A DNA stretch of 64,000 nucleotides from Perkinsela sp. CCAP 1560/9 (taxonomy: Eukaryota > Protista > Euglenozoa: Kinetoplastea): the NCBI GenBank assembly GCA_965644495.1, contig CBFFSA010000013.1, positions 358,001 through 422,000 on the forward strand, written 5' to 3'. Below are positions 1-12,845 of this stretch, in pieces. Every line of letters starts with the position of its first letter. The first letter of the stretch is position 1. Under the pieces are notes generated by a model that was not told the DNA's origin, did no database searches, and saw nothing but the letters and a program-made list of their open reading frames with translations. The translations under genes were made by a program, and so were the position numbers.

Positions 1-1717
1 CGAGTTCCGGGATATCTTTCGGAGTACCCAGAGGAGACGGAACTTGATCAGGAATTGTGGAAATTGGGGATGAGTGGGATTCAGACCTTGAACCATGAGG
101 TTCAAGCGCGAGGTGAGATTCGGGAACGGCAACGCAGCACTGTTCGAGAGAAAGTTGCGTGTTCTCGAGCTTTTGATGAAGATCGTGTAGTTGCACTCGA
201 AGAGATTCGTTTTCTGAGGTGAGAAACCTGTGTTTTTCGAGAATATCAGTGCGATCCCTGAGCATTTCTTCTACAAGAAGCCCGAACAAAGGCATCGACT
301 CGGTCCACGATTTTTCGATTGCCTCAAGGCGAGACATCATTGTTTTCGTTAACTCTTGCTTACGGGCCTCTGAATTCCATTCGCAAAAGCCTTTCAGTAA
401 CTTTTCTATGGAGTCAAGACAGCAAATTGAATTGTTATGGATATAATCATCAATTTTACGTGAAAAAGATTCCGAAAAATTCTCTACACTTCTTGCCATA
501 TCCATATTAATCTGTAGGCTTCCGCTGCTTAACTGCTCTTGTTCTCGGAAAATTCTGCGAAATCTGTCGATATAGCCCACGAAATCACGCGACATTGAAT
601 CAAGAGTATTCGATTCCAAGGTGTTAGATGAGACGCTCGTAGTTGTGGTCGTGTTTGATACGGTTTGAGATGCAATAAAGGATTTAGAACGGATTTTAAG
701 CGTTTCCAGGGCCACAATATACGCCTCCTTAACTGCGTATGTTTGGCGCAATACCTTGTCGAGTTCTGCATCATGATTTGAGTGACTCTCACGAAGGTGA
801 TCTAGGTGCAACAAGAAGCCTTCCCCGTGCATACTTTTAAGATCTGAATTTTGATTCGCAAGAGTAGCTAAGCGCTCTTTGGTAACCGCTAGTTCATGCT
901 CGAGAGTAAGGAGCCTTGGGTTTTCGCTGTCACTCCCCAAGGTTTTTACGTTCGATTCTGCGTGTGCGGTTGCACATTGATTGCATGAATTTTTCCCTAC
1001 AATTGCTCGTAGGGATAGTGAAAATTTTGTTTGATGCTCAAGGAGGTTTACGGCAAGAGCTAGTTCTCTGCGAAGATGTTTAATTTCGAACTCAAGCGGT
1101 AATCCGGTACCCGTGTTCTGCAATGTTGGGTGCTTTTTTGAACGAAGTACAGCAATCTCTGAGGAGAATGTTTTATTCAGACCTTCTAGCTTCCGTGCTA
1201 GCAAAACAAGCTTGTGTTTCTCAATTTCACTTGAAAGAAGTGCCATCCGCATGTTCCTTCTTTCGTGAAATGACTTCAGCAAAGCTCTTTCCGCTGCTTT
1301 TATTTGTAAAGCATGCGATTGCTCTAAATTATCTATTGTATCCTTGTAAGATTCTATTTGCAAAGTAAGATATTTTGTTTGAATTTCATTCGTGACAGCC
1401 AAAGAGGATGATGCGTGCTCAGAAGGTTGAGACTCACTTGAGAAGGCTTGTTTATCAATGGAATGGTTGTCGTTTCGCATAAGTGCTTGTAAGTGGACTA
1501 ATTTCTCACGAATCTTTCGAAGTGTAAAATCAAATCCAGTGCTCAATTTTTCGGATATTTCACGCTTCATCAAGGTTGTCTCAATAAGTCGGTTACAATT
1601 TTCTGTATAAGACGCGCGTACATGCTCCGAACCGTCCGGAGCTTTCTTTTTAAATATTTCTTTACAGGTTTTGTGCTTCTTCACAGATGTGACGTCTTCA
1701 CTGATCTCATCGCCCAT
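1..1717 (-). CDS. Host hypothetical protein, probably coiled-coil, >572 aa, 3' end outside the window
   Basis: Manual translation from the ATG at 1717 (MGDEISEDVTSVKKHK...) stays open to the window edge. It is rich in E/K/L/Q heptad-like stretches and has no introns. It is absent from the ORF track because there is no stop codon in the window. Confidence 0.8.
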   Translation of the reverse strand, partial: MGDEISEDVTSVKKHKTCKEIFKKKAPDGSEHVRASYTENCNRLIETTLMKREISEKLSTGFDFTLRKIREKLVHLQALMRNDNHSIDKQAFSSESQPSEHASSSLAVTNEIQTKYLTLQIESYKDTIDNLEQSHALQIKAAERALLKSFHERRNMRMALLSSEIEKHKLVLLARKLEGLNKTFSSEIAVLRSKKHPTLQNTGTGLPLEFEIKHLRRELALAVNLLEHQTKFSLSLRAIVGKNSCNQCATAHAESNVKTLGSDSENPRLLTLEHELAVTKERLATLANQNSDLKSMHGEGFLLHLDHLRESHSNHDAELDKVLRQTYAVKEAYIVALETLKIRSKSFIASQTVSNTTTTTSVSSNTLESNTLDSMSRDFVGYIDRFRRIFREQEQLSSGSLQINMDMARSVENFSESFSRKIDDYIHNNSICCLDSIEKLLKGFCEWNSEARKQELTKTMMSRLEAIEKSWTESMPLFGLLVEEMLRDRTDILEKHRFLTSENESLRVQLHDLHQKLENTQLSLEQCCVAVPESHLALEPHGSRSESHSSPISTIPDQVPSPLGTPKDIPEL

Positions 1718-1899
1718 TGCGTGTCGTGGGTAAAAGATTAATTAGATAATATTCAGAATTACAGGTGCTGAAAAATTTGAAGAAGAAATTTGTGACATTC
1801 TGCACAATCATAGTTGACGAATATTTGCAGTACGGTTCCGAGCTTCTGTCTAAATCAATTGAAATCCTATATATGTAGTTAGCAAAAAGAACCTACTTA

Positions 1900-2097
1900 C
1901 TGTGACGCCCCCTTTATACTTCGCCCATTTTGAGCATAAACAAAGTATAAAAGGGGGTAAAATATCGCCAAAAATGTGTTCGAAAGCTGATTGGAAGATT
2001 TACGGAAAAAAATCGCCCCCCTCGGGGAGGGGGGCACACGAGAAAAACGAAGCATAACGGGGGGGGTCTGACCATTGAAGTATAAAGGGGGTCGTCG
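1900..2097. mobile_element. MITE with imperfect TIRs, TA-flanked
   Basis: gacgccccctttatacttc (1904-1922) is inverted to gaagtataaagggggtcgtc (2077-2096); TA lies on both sides. Confidence 0.6.
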
Positions 2098-2674
2098 TAA
2101 TATGTGCTGGTAAGGACGAAATAAAAAAAGAAAAAAAGTTTTTGGGTCAAAGACGTAAATGTATCAAAGAATATTTTTTTTAGAAATCAGTCTACGCCTG
2201 AAAATAACTTCGTAGAGCGCCCTAGCTTCGTTCCTCTGATGTTTTTTTTCTTAAGTCGATTAAAATCAGTATCTAATGTTCAGTTAGGTGGTATCCCAGC
2301 TCCGAACCGGAGGTTGCGTAGCCGATTTACTACATTTTTCTCCGCAATGTCAATAATCGAGGTCACAACGAGCAAACAAGCAAAAATCCGAGAACCGGAA
2401 CAGGTCAGTTACTAAGTATTTTCTTTAAAGAAGACCTTCTTTAAAACCTTCTTCCTTCTTCCTTCTTTAAGACAACACACCTGTAACTACAAAAACGTTA
2501 AAGTGTAAATGATCAGTATTCTGAATACTGTGCGCCGGACATTGTCGATGGGGCGACAGGATAGCCCTAACCCTCAAGACCCCACTGAACCTGTCTCTGA
2601 AAAGGCGATCTAGACACTGGAAACATACCGGACGATTCGACTTCTCGGGAGAAGGTTCGGGTAACAGAATTGAC

Positions 2675-2890
2675 ATGCAGAACGCTGGGAATAAACCCGA
2701 CAGCGCAGGGATAGCCGATGTCCATCAGGCGATATACCCGATGTGGGCACAAGGGAAGTGGACTACGCATGAACGACTGTGGGAACGCATTTGTACGTTC
2801 TGCGAAAGAAACAGCACTACCCCGACGGCATTCAACGCGATTCAGTTTCTCGAGTCTACCAAGCTAGCAGTGACGACCCGCCTGTCTTAC
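2675..2890 (+). pseudogene. Remnant of the N-terminal part of a YR-retroelement tyrosine recombinase
   Basis: MWAQGKWTTHERLWERICTFC...NAIQFLESTKLAVTTRLSY aligns with MWSVSTWRARARIWERLSAFC...HAVTFLASLQIRIQAKLTY in ORF 57175..58239. Confidence 0.7.
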
Positions 2891-3831
2891 AAGAAGCCTC
2901 CGTGTTCGGTTCCACCGTGTCGAACAGCATGGGAGTAAAGCGGGATTAAAATAGAAATGAACAGGGAAGTGTCAAGAAAATCTTTAATAGAGGTCATCAA
3001 TCTCATACATGCGGTTCCTCAGCATATAGGGGTACGAACTGCATTATCAAATTTCAAAAAATGAACCTGAATATTGAATTTTAGACCTTCAACCGGCTTT
3101 AAAAGACCAAAAAACAAACCGCTGTTTCGCGCTGTTTCACAAATCTAACCCGCAGCCCCTCACTTATTTTGGGCATTTATTTCGGCATTTATTTTAGGAA
3201 AGTACTTGAAAAAAAATATTTTTTTCCGATTTTTTGATACATTTATGGCCACTATTATCCAAGTTAATTTTTCGAAGTTTCTTATTTTGTCTACAGCTGA
3301 GGGCCTGCAGTTGTGCATCACCAAACCCGTGCTTGTATTTGAGGTCGAACGAGGTCTATTTTAGACCAAAAAATGGAATGAACACGTGCTATGTGGCTTA
3401 AAGTGTAGGTCTTTTGAACTTTTTGCGCCTTGTGAATGTTCTTTTACGCCATACCTAGACCCCTTACTGCGAATGCACGAACGGCGTACGCATTGCACAA
3501 ATAAAATGTACAATTACTATACACCCCATAATGCAGTCATAAATATTTTTAAATTATCATTCTATTTATAATGAGCCATGTTGAGATCAACGAATAGTTT
3601 ATTTCACGTATGAAGGTCACATCTGCGATCGATGAAGACGTATATGAAGTCATTGTTGCTTTCGCCCCACCAGCGCTCGTTATCACAGAGGAGCTAGGAG
3701 TAAAGGTGGAAGAATATCTGGATCGTGGCCTGCGGCCACTCGTGCGCCATAGAAAACACTCGTGCAAGAAAACAACTTTTCTTATCGTCAAAAAACAGAA
3801 TGCTAAACAAGTTGATATGTCACAGGGCATA

Positions 3832-4938
3832 TTATGACCTAACGACACAGATTCGGTCCTTAAGTGTATTAAACGCTGCTTCCCCTAAGGCTTGATGTAT
3901 CAGTCCTTCAGATTCCAGTAGGCTTTCCGCAAAATTACTGTCACCAAATACGGACATGAAAACTGAGCTATCGAAATCGTGTGGCAGTAACAAGCGAAGA
4001 TCGGAATGACGTAAAGGACTGAAGCCTGCTGGCCACTTCCATGGGGCTTCAGTGACAGAAAAGTACACATCCACCGATTTGTCAGATTGGGATATGTCGA
4101 GGAGGTCTTGAAAAAATGGTATCTCATTTAACGACTGCGCTAGCACGACTAACTGCGTTTGCGTCCGCAATGGGATTCCTCCACTTCGAAAATTATTTAG
4201 TGCCCCGAGAAATGTACCAATGCCTGACTTCGTTGCGAAGCACACATGCTTTGAAGAATTGAAGGCACCTTTAATGGGGGATTCAAAAAAGGATAGAGTT
4301 GACGTCTTTGAAAAGATCAATTCACGTGGAAAATGCTTGATACGTGCTATTGAAAACTTAGAATTGGAAGGTTCACCTAGACTAGCGTGCGGAACTTCGC
4401 TAGATATCAAGCCAGCCCATTCCCATAGCAGTGTCTCGCCAATATCTTGTCCTCGGAATTTCTCTTCTGGAGTGCTAATCGGAAGTGCACTCTTATCTTT
4501 GAACGTAGGCCGGTAATTAACTGGTATAAATCGGCTCGAACGTCCTTTCTCATCAATAAAGGAAATTTCCGAAGCGTCTGAAAGCTCTCTTCCGGAATAG
4601 ACGACATCATTACGTTTTACCATTGGTTCTTTCCTGCGACATTTTAAGATTGCCCGATCCCAATTCGGTATTTCCGGTTCTAGGGAATCTAAAACACATA
4701 TAATAGAGTCGGCTTGGGAAGTCATGCACGGGGTTCCTATAATAGATGTTGTTTGTGTTTGCTCACTCGGTACCAAGCTACGACTTTCCCGTTCAACTTG
4801 CAAACCGTTCTCGGTAAAAGTGTCATTTTGCTTTTTCCGTGATTTGTAATATACAACACTGAACACACAAGCAGCACTTAAACAAGCATATCTCGAGGTG
4901 ATTGACATAGATTGCGTAATGAAATATTCTTGAAGCAA
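3832..4938 (-). CDS. Host protein with an N-terminal membrane anchor and a divergent FNR/cytochrome-b5-reductase-like NAD-binding C-terminal domain
   Basis: 368-aa intronless ORF with a hydrophobic N-terminal segment followed by basic residues. CFATKSGIGTFL resembles the MIAGGTGITP motif and VYFSVTEAPWKW resembles the b5R VxYxLxxxPxxW segment. The ATG start is probably MSITSRY. Confidence 0.55.
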   Translation of the reverse strand: MLQEYFITQSMSITSRYACLSAACVFSVVYYKSRKKQNDTFTENGLQVERESRSLVPSEQTQTTSIIGTPCMTSQADSIICVLDSLEPEIPNWDRAILKCRRKEPMVKRNDVVYSGRELSDASEISFIDEKGRSSRFIPVNYRPTFKDKSALPISTPEEKFRGQDIGETLLWEWAGLISSEVPHASLGEPSNSKFSIARIKHFPRELIFSKTSTLSFFESPIKGAFNSSKHVCFATKSGIGTFLGALNNFRSGGIPLRTQTQLVVLAQSLNEIPFFQDLLDISQSDKSVDVYFSVTEAPWKWPAGFSPLRHSDLRLLLPHDFDSSVFMSVFGDSNFAESLLESEGLIHQALGEAAFNTLKDRICVVRS

Positions 4939-5690
4939 AAGGTCCTATACAACACGTACTATGTACACACATGAAGGGGATACACCGACATTCGGCAAAC
5001 TTACCCACAATTGGTAAATACTGTAACCCCCTAGACTAGGGGGGTATAGTATTTACTAGGCTAGTTATCTGTCACTACTTTTCATGTAAAGGTGACAACA
5101 AGGTACAAAAGAACCTCACGCGGGCCCTCGCCATTCCGCGTACAAAAGTGACGTCGATCCCTTCACTGTAGCCCTGGAACGCTCGCAGTCTGCATCTGTG
5201 AAAACTTTCGAGCCTCTCGGACTCTCAACGTATTCCATGTTCATTGACGGTCCAGTGGAGCTTAGTGACCGAAATTTTTCAAGCGGCGTCCGAAGGAGGC
5301 ACGGAAGATGACTAAAGATGTAATTGGGAATGAGAGAACCATGCTGCGTATTGGGGGCAGATCAGCAACATAAAAGATGCAAAATATTGAACAACACTTC
5401 TCGAAAACGTATGAGGGGCTGCGGGTGGTGCCGTGCGAAACCGTGCCGAAGCGGCGCGAAACCGCGGTTTACATTTGACCCTCCGAGGCCTCGGTAGATA
5501 GTACATACCCTGCAGGTGACCTGTAGTGACCTCACTACAGGTCACTACAGGTCACTACATTTTTTATTAATGAGATGACGCAAACTTGAGGACGCAAACC
5601 CCCCGCAGCTGAGGGGTTAAGACATCTGTTTCGGAAAATTATATGTAATGATGCGGTATTTGAGAGTACTGTCACCCATGTAACCTACTC

Positions 5691-5993
5691 CCGTATACCC
5701 CCCGGTAAGAGAATGGGTTTTGGGTCGAAATGGCCAAATCTCTCTTACTGGGGGGGTATGCTTTTTTGGCCAAGTTCCTCTTTTCTCCCAACTTTTTTGA
5801 CTATTTTTTCTTGTGAAAACGTGTTAAAACGCTTCTTTGGGTTACCCCCGAGTCACCCAACATGCAGACACCCACCCCCTACCCTATACGTCTCCTGTGG
5901 GGCTCCCGAGCCAAATCTCTCTTACTGGGGGTCAGCCCAAAAAGGGCCAAATCTCTCTCACTGGGGGATATCTTACTGGGGGGGGGTATACGG
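5691..5993. mobile_element. MITE with internal repeats
   Basis: TIR ccgtatacccccc(g)gtaaga / tcttactggggggggtatacgg; ccaaatctctc(t)tactggggg occurs three times inside. Confidence 0.7.
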
Positions 5994-7090
5994 TAGTATC
6001 AAATTTATATGACAGCAATCAATATCGCGTTCATATTACTGACATGCATGTCTTTCTAAAAATTCATGATCATTGACCAATATTCTGTAGACCCTCTTTG
6101 TCTTTCAAATCTTACCCCATGACCCAAAGCAAGGAGGAAAAGAGGACGACGCGTAAGTCTTCTAGAAGAGGTATAGAAACCCCCACCGATAACGGAAATA
6201 TTTCACAGGAATCACCATCTCAGGCTCGTCAACGTAGATCGCAGACCATCCGAAATTTGGAAGACAAAATTCCTGCTGCTCCTTTGCAGACTGCCTTTGG
6301 TAATGCATCAGGGGGAACTCTTATTCATCACGTGCGCCCTGGTGCGAAGCGATCTCCGAATGTCCAAGATCCGCTGAAGTACACAGAATTGGCGAAACAT
6401 TTTGAATATCGTTTGTGTACCTTTGATAATAGTCAGGGCTATCCATCTAGGATACCGTTACCCCCCCCCTTACTTAGAGGGGTAAAACCTGCAGAAACGT
6501 CAGTTGGGCGAACAAGGGCGAACACGCTAGAATCGAGCAGGTTTCACCCCTCTTAGCCCCCACTTTTTGGCCCAAGACCCGTACTTTGTGGTGAAGTAAG
6601 GGGGGTGAATAAATGATTCAAAGTTCGATCAATTTATAGTTCTCTCGAAAATCCTCAAATTATTGAAGTACACTATGCTATCGACATTGAGCGTAATTTC
6701 CTTTTCTTGAGTGTTGTAATACCTCGTGCTGCACATTCTATATTTTATGTTTCTCTTAGCTTGTCTACAATGTCCCATGGGCTTTTAACTTTTCCCCCAT
6801 GAAATTTTTTTAACCCGGGGAACGGTATATTATTTAATAACGCTATAATATTTAAATAACACTATATTATTTAAATAACACTATATTATTTAAATAACAC
6901 TATATTATTTAAATGGCAAAATTCAGCTCATTTTCCCACTATGGCGGGCCTTCTTGTTGAGAAATTCCTTTGGCAATACCTAGAATTCTTTGGTAATAAC
7001 TAGAATTCTAGTCTAAAATCATTTTTTACTGCTTTTTAAGTGTTCTATACCAACTTAGAAGCCCCTTAAACTACCGTACGTACTTCTAAA

Positions 7091-8044
7091 CAGGGTTCGC
7101 AGAAACTATAATATAGCAAAATATAGTTTTTTTCATCGAATATAGTTACTATATAGTACTATATTTACTATATTTTACTATAAAACTATAAGAAAACTAT
7201 AAAGTTTTTTTCACGTTACAAGTGATATTTTTTGAGTCCTCTTCGCTTGTGAAGGACATACACACGCCTCTACACGCGTTCTTACACGCTTTCATACGTA
7301 TGATATGACAAGAAAGTCTGAGAAAAATGTAACCCAGGCTAAAGTGGACGAGGGAGATACCAAAAGCACCTTTGGCAAACCACCCCAAAAATGGAAGGGT
7401 ATGTCCCTTAAAGATTCTTTTGTCACATCGGAATCCTTTACAAACCGGGAGATATCATTCCATTTTTGTGGTGGACTAAAGGTGCCTTTGAAGCCTTCCT
7501 CGTCCACTTTAGCCTGGGTTACATAGCTATCGAAACATCCTCGCTCTTCCCCGCGGTTCCATGACCGCCGAAAAACATGATATAAAATTTATTCAAACTC
7601 ATAGAATTGTGAGCAGCAGTTGTTCAGTCCCAAGACATAACGTCGGTGGCTCCAGCCCATGCACGGCGACAGCGATGCAGTGAGATGTTCGGGATGCAAG
7701 ATTCTTCCCAATCTGTCAAGGCCACACGATGGGACTGTGGTACGTCCCCTCCTGACACAAGTTACATTCAACCGCTTGTTTACTTCCCTCTGTGCGCAAC
7801 ACTTCAATAAAATAATCTTTGCAGAAACTACCCCTCGTAATTTTAATTTCGGGCATCAATTTTCTGGTTTAAACATAAGAAAAATCGTACACAAATGATT
7901 TCTCTGTGTAATTATGGCGTGTTGGTGAGCTTAGAAGTGCTTAAAATGTGAAACAAAAAAATAAAGTTTTTTATAATTTTTAAAAAAAGTTTATAGTAAC
8001 TATATAGTACTATATCGATAGTTTTATAGTTTCTGCGAACCCTG
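7091..8044. mobile_element. hAT-like non-autonomous element nested in 6813-8198
   Basis: TIR cagggttcgcagaaactata / tatagtttctgcgaaccctg and an 8-bp TSD cttctaaa (7083-7090, 8045-8052). Confidence 0.9.
7332..7519. mobile_element. TA-flanked MITE nested in the hAT-like element
   Basis: TIR acccaggctaaagtggacgagg / cctcgtccactttagcctgggt with TA on both sides. Confidence 0.85.
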
Positions 8045-9169
8045 CTTCTAAAGACCACATTTTTACTTGCGCTTTTTCCTCTATTTAAATATTATAGCGT
8101 TAACGCTATATTATTTAAATAGAAACTTTAACACTATATTATTTAAATAGCACTATATTATTTAAATAGCGATTTAAATAATATACCGTTCCCCGGGTTA
8201 CATCGCGAAATTTAAATGATGTCGCAGAACATAACCCATTGAACACCAATTTAAATGTTAGAACTACAAAACACTGTGGCGCAACTTTATGATCAAACTG
8301 ACATGATGATGAAACTGACATGGAAGAAAATCGTTCTGAATTAGAAATGGTTCAACATACTAAATCATTCCGGATAGCTCCGATCGGTCACTGGCAAGTC
8401 AGATCCTTCACAGATAGATTTGGAAGTTTCGAGGCCGAAGTCCTCTACCTGTTTTTGTTAGTACAAGGCGGCAACAACGTGCTGCTACCAACCCTTTGCG
8501 TCGACGAATCGTACGGTAAACCCAGGACAATCTTTAAAAAGTTATCATTCCTGCAGCTACGTAGCATTCCTGTAACCGTTATTATTTCCCCCCGGAATGT
8601 TAAACCGGACTGTGGTTTAAAATCCTGGTATGACGGCGTCGTCTTCACCGACGTGTGCACCAAGAACCTTTGTTCATCGATGTTTGTGCGCCATCTGTGT
8701 CCCTCCTTGAAGACCACTGGGCGTGGCTCTGCCTCGCCTTAGCCCGATGCAACGGTCGGTTGCAGTGCACCCCTCCGGCTGTGTAAAGAGGTGGTAAGTT
8801 GTCTGAGAAAAATCCAACACCCCCCTTACTTCACCACACGTCCAGCGACTAAATGTGATGAAGTAAGGGGGGAGGCGAAGTAAGGGGGTGGGGGTAACGG
8901 TATGTTCACGGGAGTTCGCGAAACGCAAAGATCCGCAATCATTCCTTCAGGACGACGGCAATCAAAGACGCCATATCATTTGCAAGCATTGTGGCACAGT
9001 TTTTCATGGTCGATGTATGTAACCGTACTACAGCCATAAGAATGTGACATGCAAGGTGCTGCATCCCAAAGTGGAAAGTAGGCAGGCGGAAATGTCACCC
9101 GTAAATGACATCAAGAAAGTTGAGGTTTTCATTAACAGGCAAAGTTTTGCAGGAGTCAACGTTTATCGA

Positions 9170-10190
9170 ACTGAAGGCCTACCTTGACGATATCACCCTC
9201 CTAGGTGCCCCAGAACACGTTCGGGATGCATTCTCCTTCGTTGTTACTAATGAAGGTTCTTCGTTTCGAATTCGCTGTCCAAAGTCGGTCAAATGCCAGT
9301 ACACATCAAGCGGAACAATTCTCATCCTTCAAAGACACGGAGATCACACATACGTAGCTACGATGGCCAGAAATTATTGGGGGCTTACGTAGCTCAGGAT
9401 CCAGACCTCGAGCAAAAATGTGTGGAAGACCAAGTTCCCAAAATACAGCGATTCGTTGACAAGTTAGCATCTCTACCCAGGCCTGTCGCTTTGACTCTTT
9501 TTCGTAACTGTGGAGCTGCATGGAATTACATAGTTCAAGCGCGTCACCCGAATACAACACTCCGAAATGTACAGAGAACGTCGTGTTCCCAACCCACCCC
9601 CGAAGCACAGAGCCCAAAAGCAACGCCACGTCGACGCTGGATGCTGCGTTAGAGGAAACAACAAGCGCAACGGAGTGCGTTCATCTGTTGCAAGTCAACA
9701 ACACCTACTCCCGGTACTGGCTGCAAGCACTTCCCAATCGATCGGAACACATGATGTCCGAACCGGAATGGCAGATTGCCCACCGACTCCGCTACCTCCT
9801 ACCTACCAAATCTGTTACCTCCTACGTCAGCTCGTTCTTATCGACGTTACCGTGGTGAATCCCCTGGCCGCATCGTATGTGGAGGCCGAAAGCAAAAATC
9901 CAGGCTGCACACTCGCCAAAGCGGAAGCCGAGAAGCTTAAAAAAATGGAGAGATGTCAAACGATAGAGGGGTGGTCCTCTACCCGCTAGCCTTCACGGTC
10001 TTCGGAATCCCGGGGAACGCGACACTCCCTTTTGCGGAAGTTGGGCCGGTAAACTTCCAACCCAAAAGGCAACCCAAAAGGTTACAGAGCACATGATTAT
10101 GGCCACTGGCGCCGCCATCCAACGCGGCAAAGCTCAGATGCTGAGAGCGGCCTCAGGGGAGCAGGACGGTGGTCGGCGTGGGTAAAGGGG
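9170..10190 (+). pseudogene. Highly decayed RLE-type non-LTR retrotransposon (RT and RLE remnants)
   Basis: KAYLDDITLLG, WLQALP and LVLIDVTVVNPLAASY...AEAEK are spread over shifting frames. Confidence 0.7.
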
Positions 10191-12324
10191 GCTTTGTGGG
10201 CCTTTCTTTTCTTGTTTTTATAGTACTATAATTTTTATCGAACATTCAAGGAGGTACGTGAAAGCCAAAACGTATGGTGGTGAAAGTGTACTGAGTGTAG
10301 TGACCCAAATGTAGTGAATGTGGTGACTCACTACATATGTAGTGAGGTCACTACAGGTCACCTCCAGGGTATGATAGTAGCTTACAGAATAAATACTTGG
10401 TTTTTTTATTTCTTTCAAGGCGCTTAGGGTATGAGTGGAAGTGTAATAATGCATGTGTAATGAGTTGCGAATTTTTTTTCGAACTACTGGATTCAACTTA
10501 TTTGTTTCTCTGATTTTCTTAAATTATCACAATTTTTTCGAACACATTATGTCCCAAATAGGGAGCAACGAAGCGCTCATGGAAAGAATCGCGAGTTCCT
10601 CGGCGAGTGAAACAGAAGGAGCTATCTACAAGGCTGTGCTGGTTTCAACAAAGAGAACTTTTACGAAAGGAGTGTCTGTGTTCACACCTACGCTTACAAT
10701 CACTGAGGAGGAGCTCAGTGCTAAAATCGAAGAAATCTTAGATCTCGAATTGAGCGATGTTTTGCTCATTTTGACAGGTTTCGTTTTTTTCATGGTACCG
10801 AAAGTTAAAAGCTGAAAGTTGCGAGGCTTTCTATCCCATTGGGGATGTTGCCTCCCCGGAGTAAGCCGAGGTAGCTTTGGGGGAGGCTATCACTCAAAGG
10901 TGGATTTTCATCCAACTTGTCCGCTGAACTATCTTAACCCTTTCAGGTTGAGACATACATGCAAATCCGAAGACTACATGCGTATTTTCCGCAGGACCGA
11001 GAGTGGCCTCCCCCCTGCTTGCTGCTTTTGTTCGGGGGTGTCGATTATCAGCTTCAACGGTTTAGACTCCTCAGCTTCAATGGACCAAGTCTTCAAGGGT
11101 GTTATACCCTTGAGGGTGCTATACCCCCCGAGCGGACTTGCCTCTTCAGCTTCAATGGGCTAAAACCTCAGCTTCAACGATCTCGTACCTCTCCGAATTA
11201 TTACCCTAGCCCCGCTATCACGGACTAGAACCGAACGAAACCGTGCTGAAACAGCATCCACAGCCCTTTATGTACTGTACCCCCTCCCCCCTACTTAATC
11301 ACCGCTTTTTGGGAAAAAGTTTTTTTGTTTGTTTGTTTATTATTGCGGTGGTTGTATAACTACCGCTATACCCTCGATTATTGAAAAAAAAAGTGAACAA
11401 AAACAGTGAAAATATAGAGAACACAGTAATGTAATAGAAGAAAAAATAAAAGGGGGCTCCGGTGGTCCAAAACTGAGAAAAAAATGATAAAAATGGGGGG
11501 TCTAGGGGGGTCCAGGGGGGGTCCAGTGGGGGGTCCAGTGGGGGGTCATGGTCGAGCAAAGTTTTTATAAAAACATATTTTTCGGATCAAATCACAGGAA
11601 ATAGATAAAGATGAGTTTTATGAAAGTTTACAGGAAGCGATAAAACAAAAACCGAGCGGCGAGGTTCCGCATACTGTACTCCCCCCGTTTATAATAGCCT
11701 CGGTTCTGCCCAAATGAACCTATAAAGGGAGGATTAAACGTTGGCACAGAAAGTGTTACAGAGCGAGAATGAGAGCATTGAGTTTAGTGTTACATTGAGT
11801 TTAGAGAAAATGTTACAGAGCCAGAATGAGAGCATTGAGTTTAGTGACCGGGAAGGAGGACGCATTCCCACGGGCAAAAGTATCTCATCCTTCGCCACCG
11901 ACATTACCCCTTCCCTTGCCCCTCCAGGTAACGACGCCGTGTCCAGTCGAATCAGTGTCAAACGAATCAGGAATTACGTCAAACGAATCAGTGTCATTAC
12001 CGGCGAACGCGGGTACATGCGCAGCCGAAGTCCCGCTAGGAGAATCGAAAGAAGCAGGAAAGTGGTGTATTCGCATTAAAAGAACGTGCGCTGTCGCAGC
12101 TGATGCTATAAGAACGGCATCAAGCGCCATGTCCGGTGCAGCATTCAATTCTGTAGACGTGCAAATCCCAGAAACAGGCGGGGTCCGGTCGATCTCTCGG
12201 GTCTCCGTCATTTGACAATGGAATAGCCGCTGCATCTGGAGAAACGGAGGATCACACAGCACACGAGTTTCAGGATTGTTACTCGCCACAAGATCGACGA
12301 GACCAAAGGGCGGATGGAACAGAA

Positions 12325-12845
12325 GTGAACACAACTGAAAGCATACGGTTCATAGGAGAGAATAGCGGAGATGGAGATTGGACTGATGAGCTAATAAATT
12401 CTGTCGATGTCAAACATCATTTCCCCATACCGGCAGATGAAATATGGAAACAGTCCAAACAGATCAAAGCGGGAGCCAAGGGCACGATTGCGTGGGTTTT
12501 CGACCGGAAGAGCGAGGTGAACGTATCAATCGGACACGTACGCATAGCAAACGAGGAGGATTAGGAAAGTTATCGATAACTTACCAAGGTGTTTATGGAT
12601 ACCGCGTCGCGGAGGAATTTAAAGGAACACTCCCGCCGCAGGAAAGCGTCAGGGTGTATCGTTTATTGTGGCATCAGGCACCGCCGGCGATCGATGACAT
12701 CGTGCTACGAGACTCCTTCTTGGAAAATCATCAGTTGCCAGAGAGGAAAGGAACTGGAAACGAAGGGATCGACTACCTCCCGATTCCGACAATGCGAACG
12801 ATCAGTCCTGAATTTATTCCGTGCGTCGTGGCGACACTTCGTGAC
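12325..12845 (+). pseudogene. N-terminal fragment of a CRE-like element, family C
   Basis: FKGTLPPQESVRVYRLLW...PIPTMRTISPEFIPCVVATLRD matches ORF 46030 (FEGFIPPNPNVRIHSIRW...PMPTLRSVSSEFVPCVVAIYRD). It ends abruptly against the minus-strand element. Confidence 0.75.

Larger units (their letters stand above)
6813..8198. mobile_element. TA-flanked TIR element nested in 6455-8900
   Basis: Perfect TIR acccggggaacggtatattatttaa / ttaaataatataccgttccccgggt, with tandem aacactatattatttaaat repeats near both ends. Confidence 0.85.
6455..8900. mobile_element. Non-autonomous TA-flanked TIR element (outer layer of a nest)
   Basis: TA-ccgttaccccc..ttactt at the left and aagtaagggggtggggtaacgg-TA at the right. 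Subterminal gtgaagtaagggggg / ccccccttacttcac repeats occur at both ends. Confidence 0.7.

Noticed and set aside
219-1368. Short ORFs listed in the first 1.4 kb
   Set aside because: They are shadows of the long minus-strand ORF at 1-1717.
6830-6915. CRISPR-like repeats
   Set aside because: These are adjacent 19-bp tandem repeats without spacers, lying within a TIR element, and no cas genes are present.
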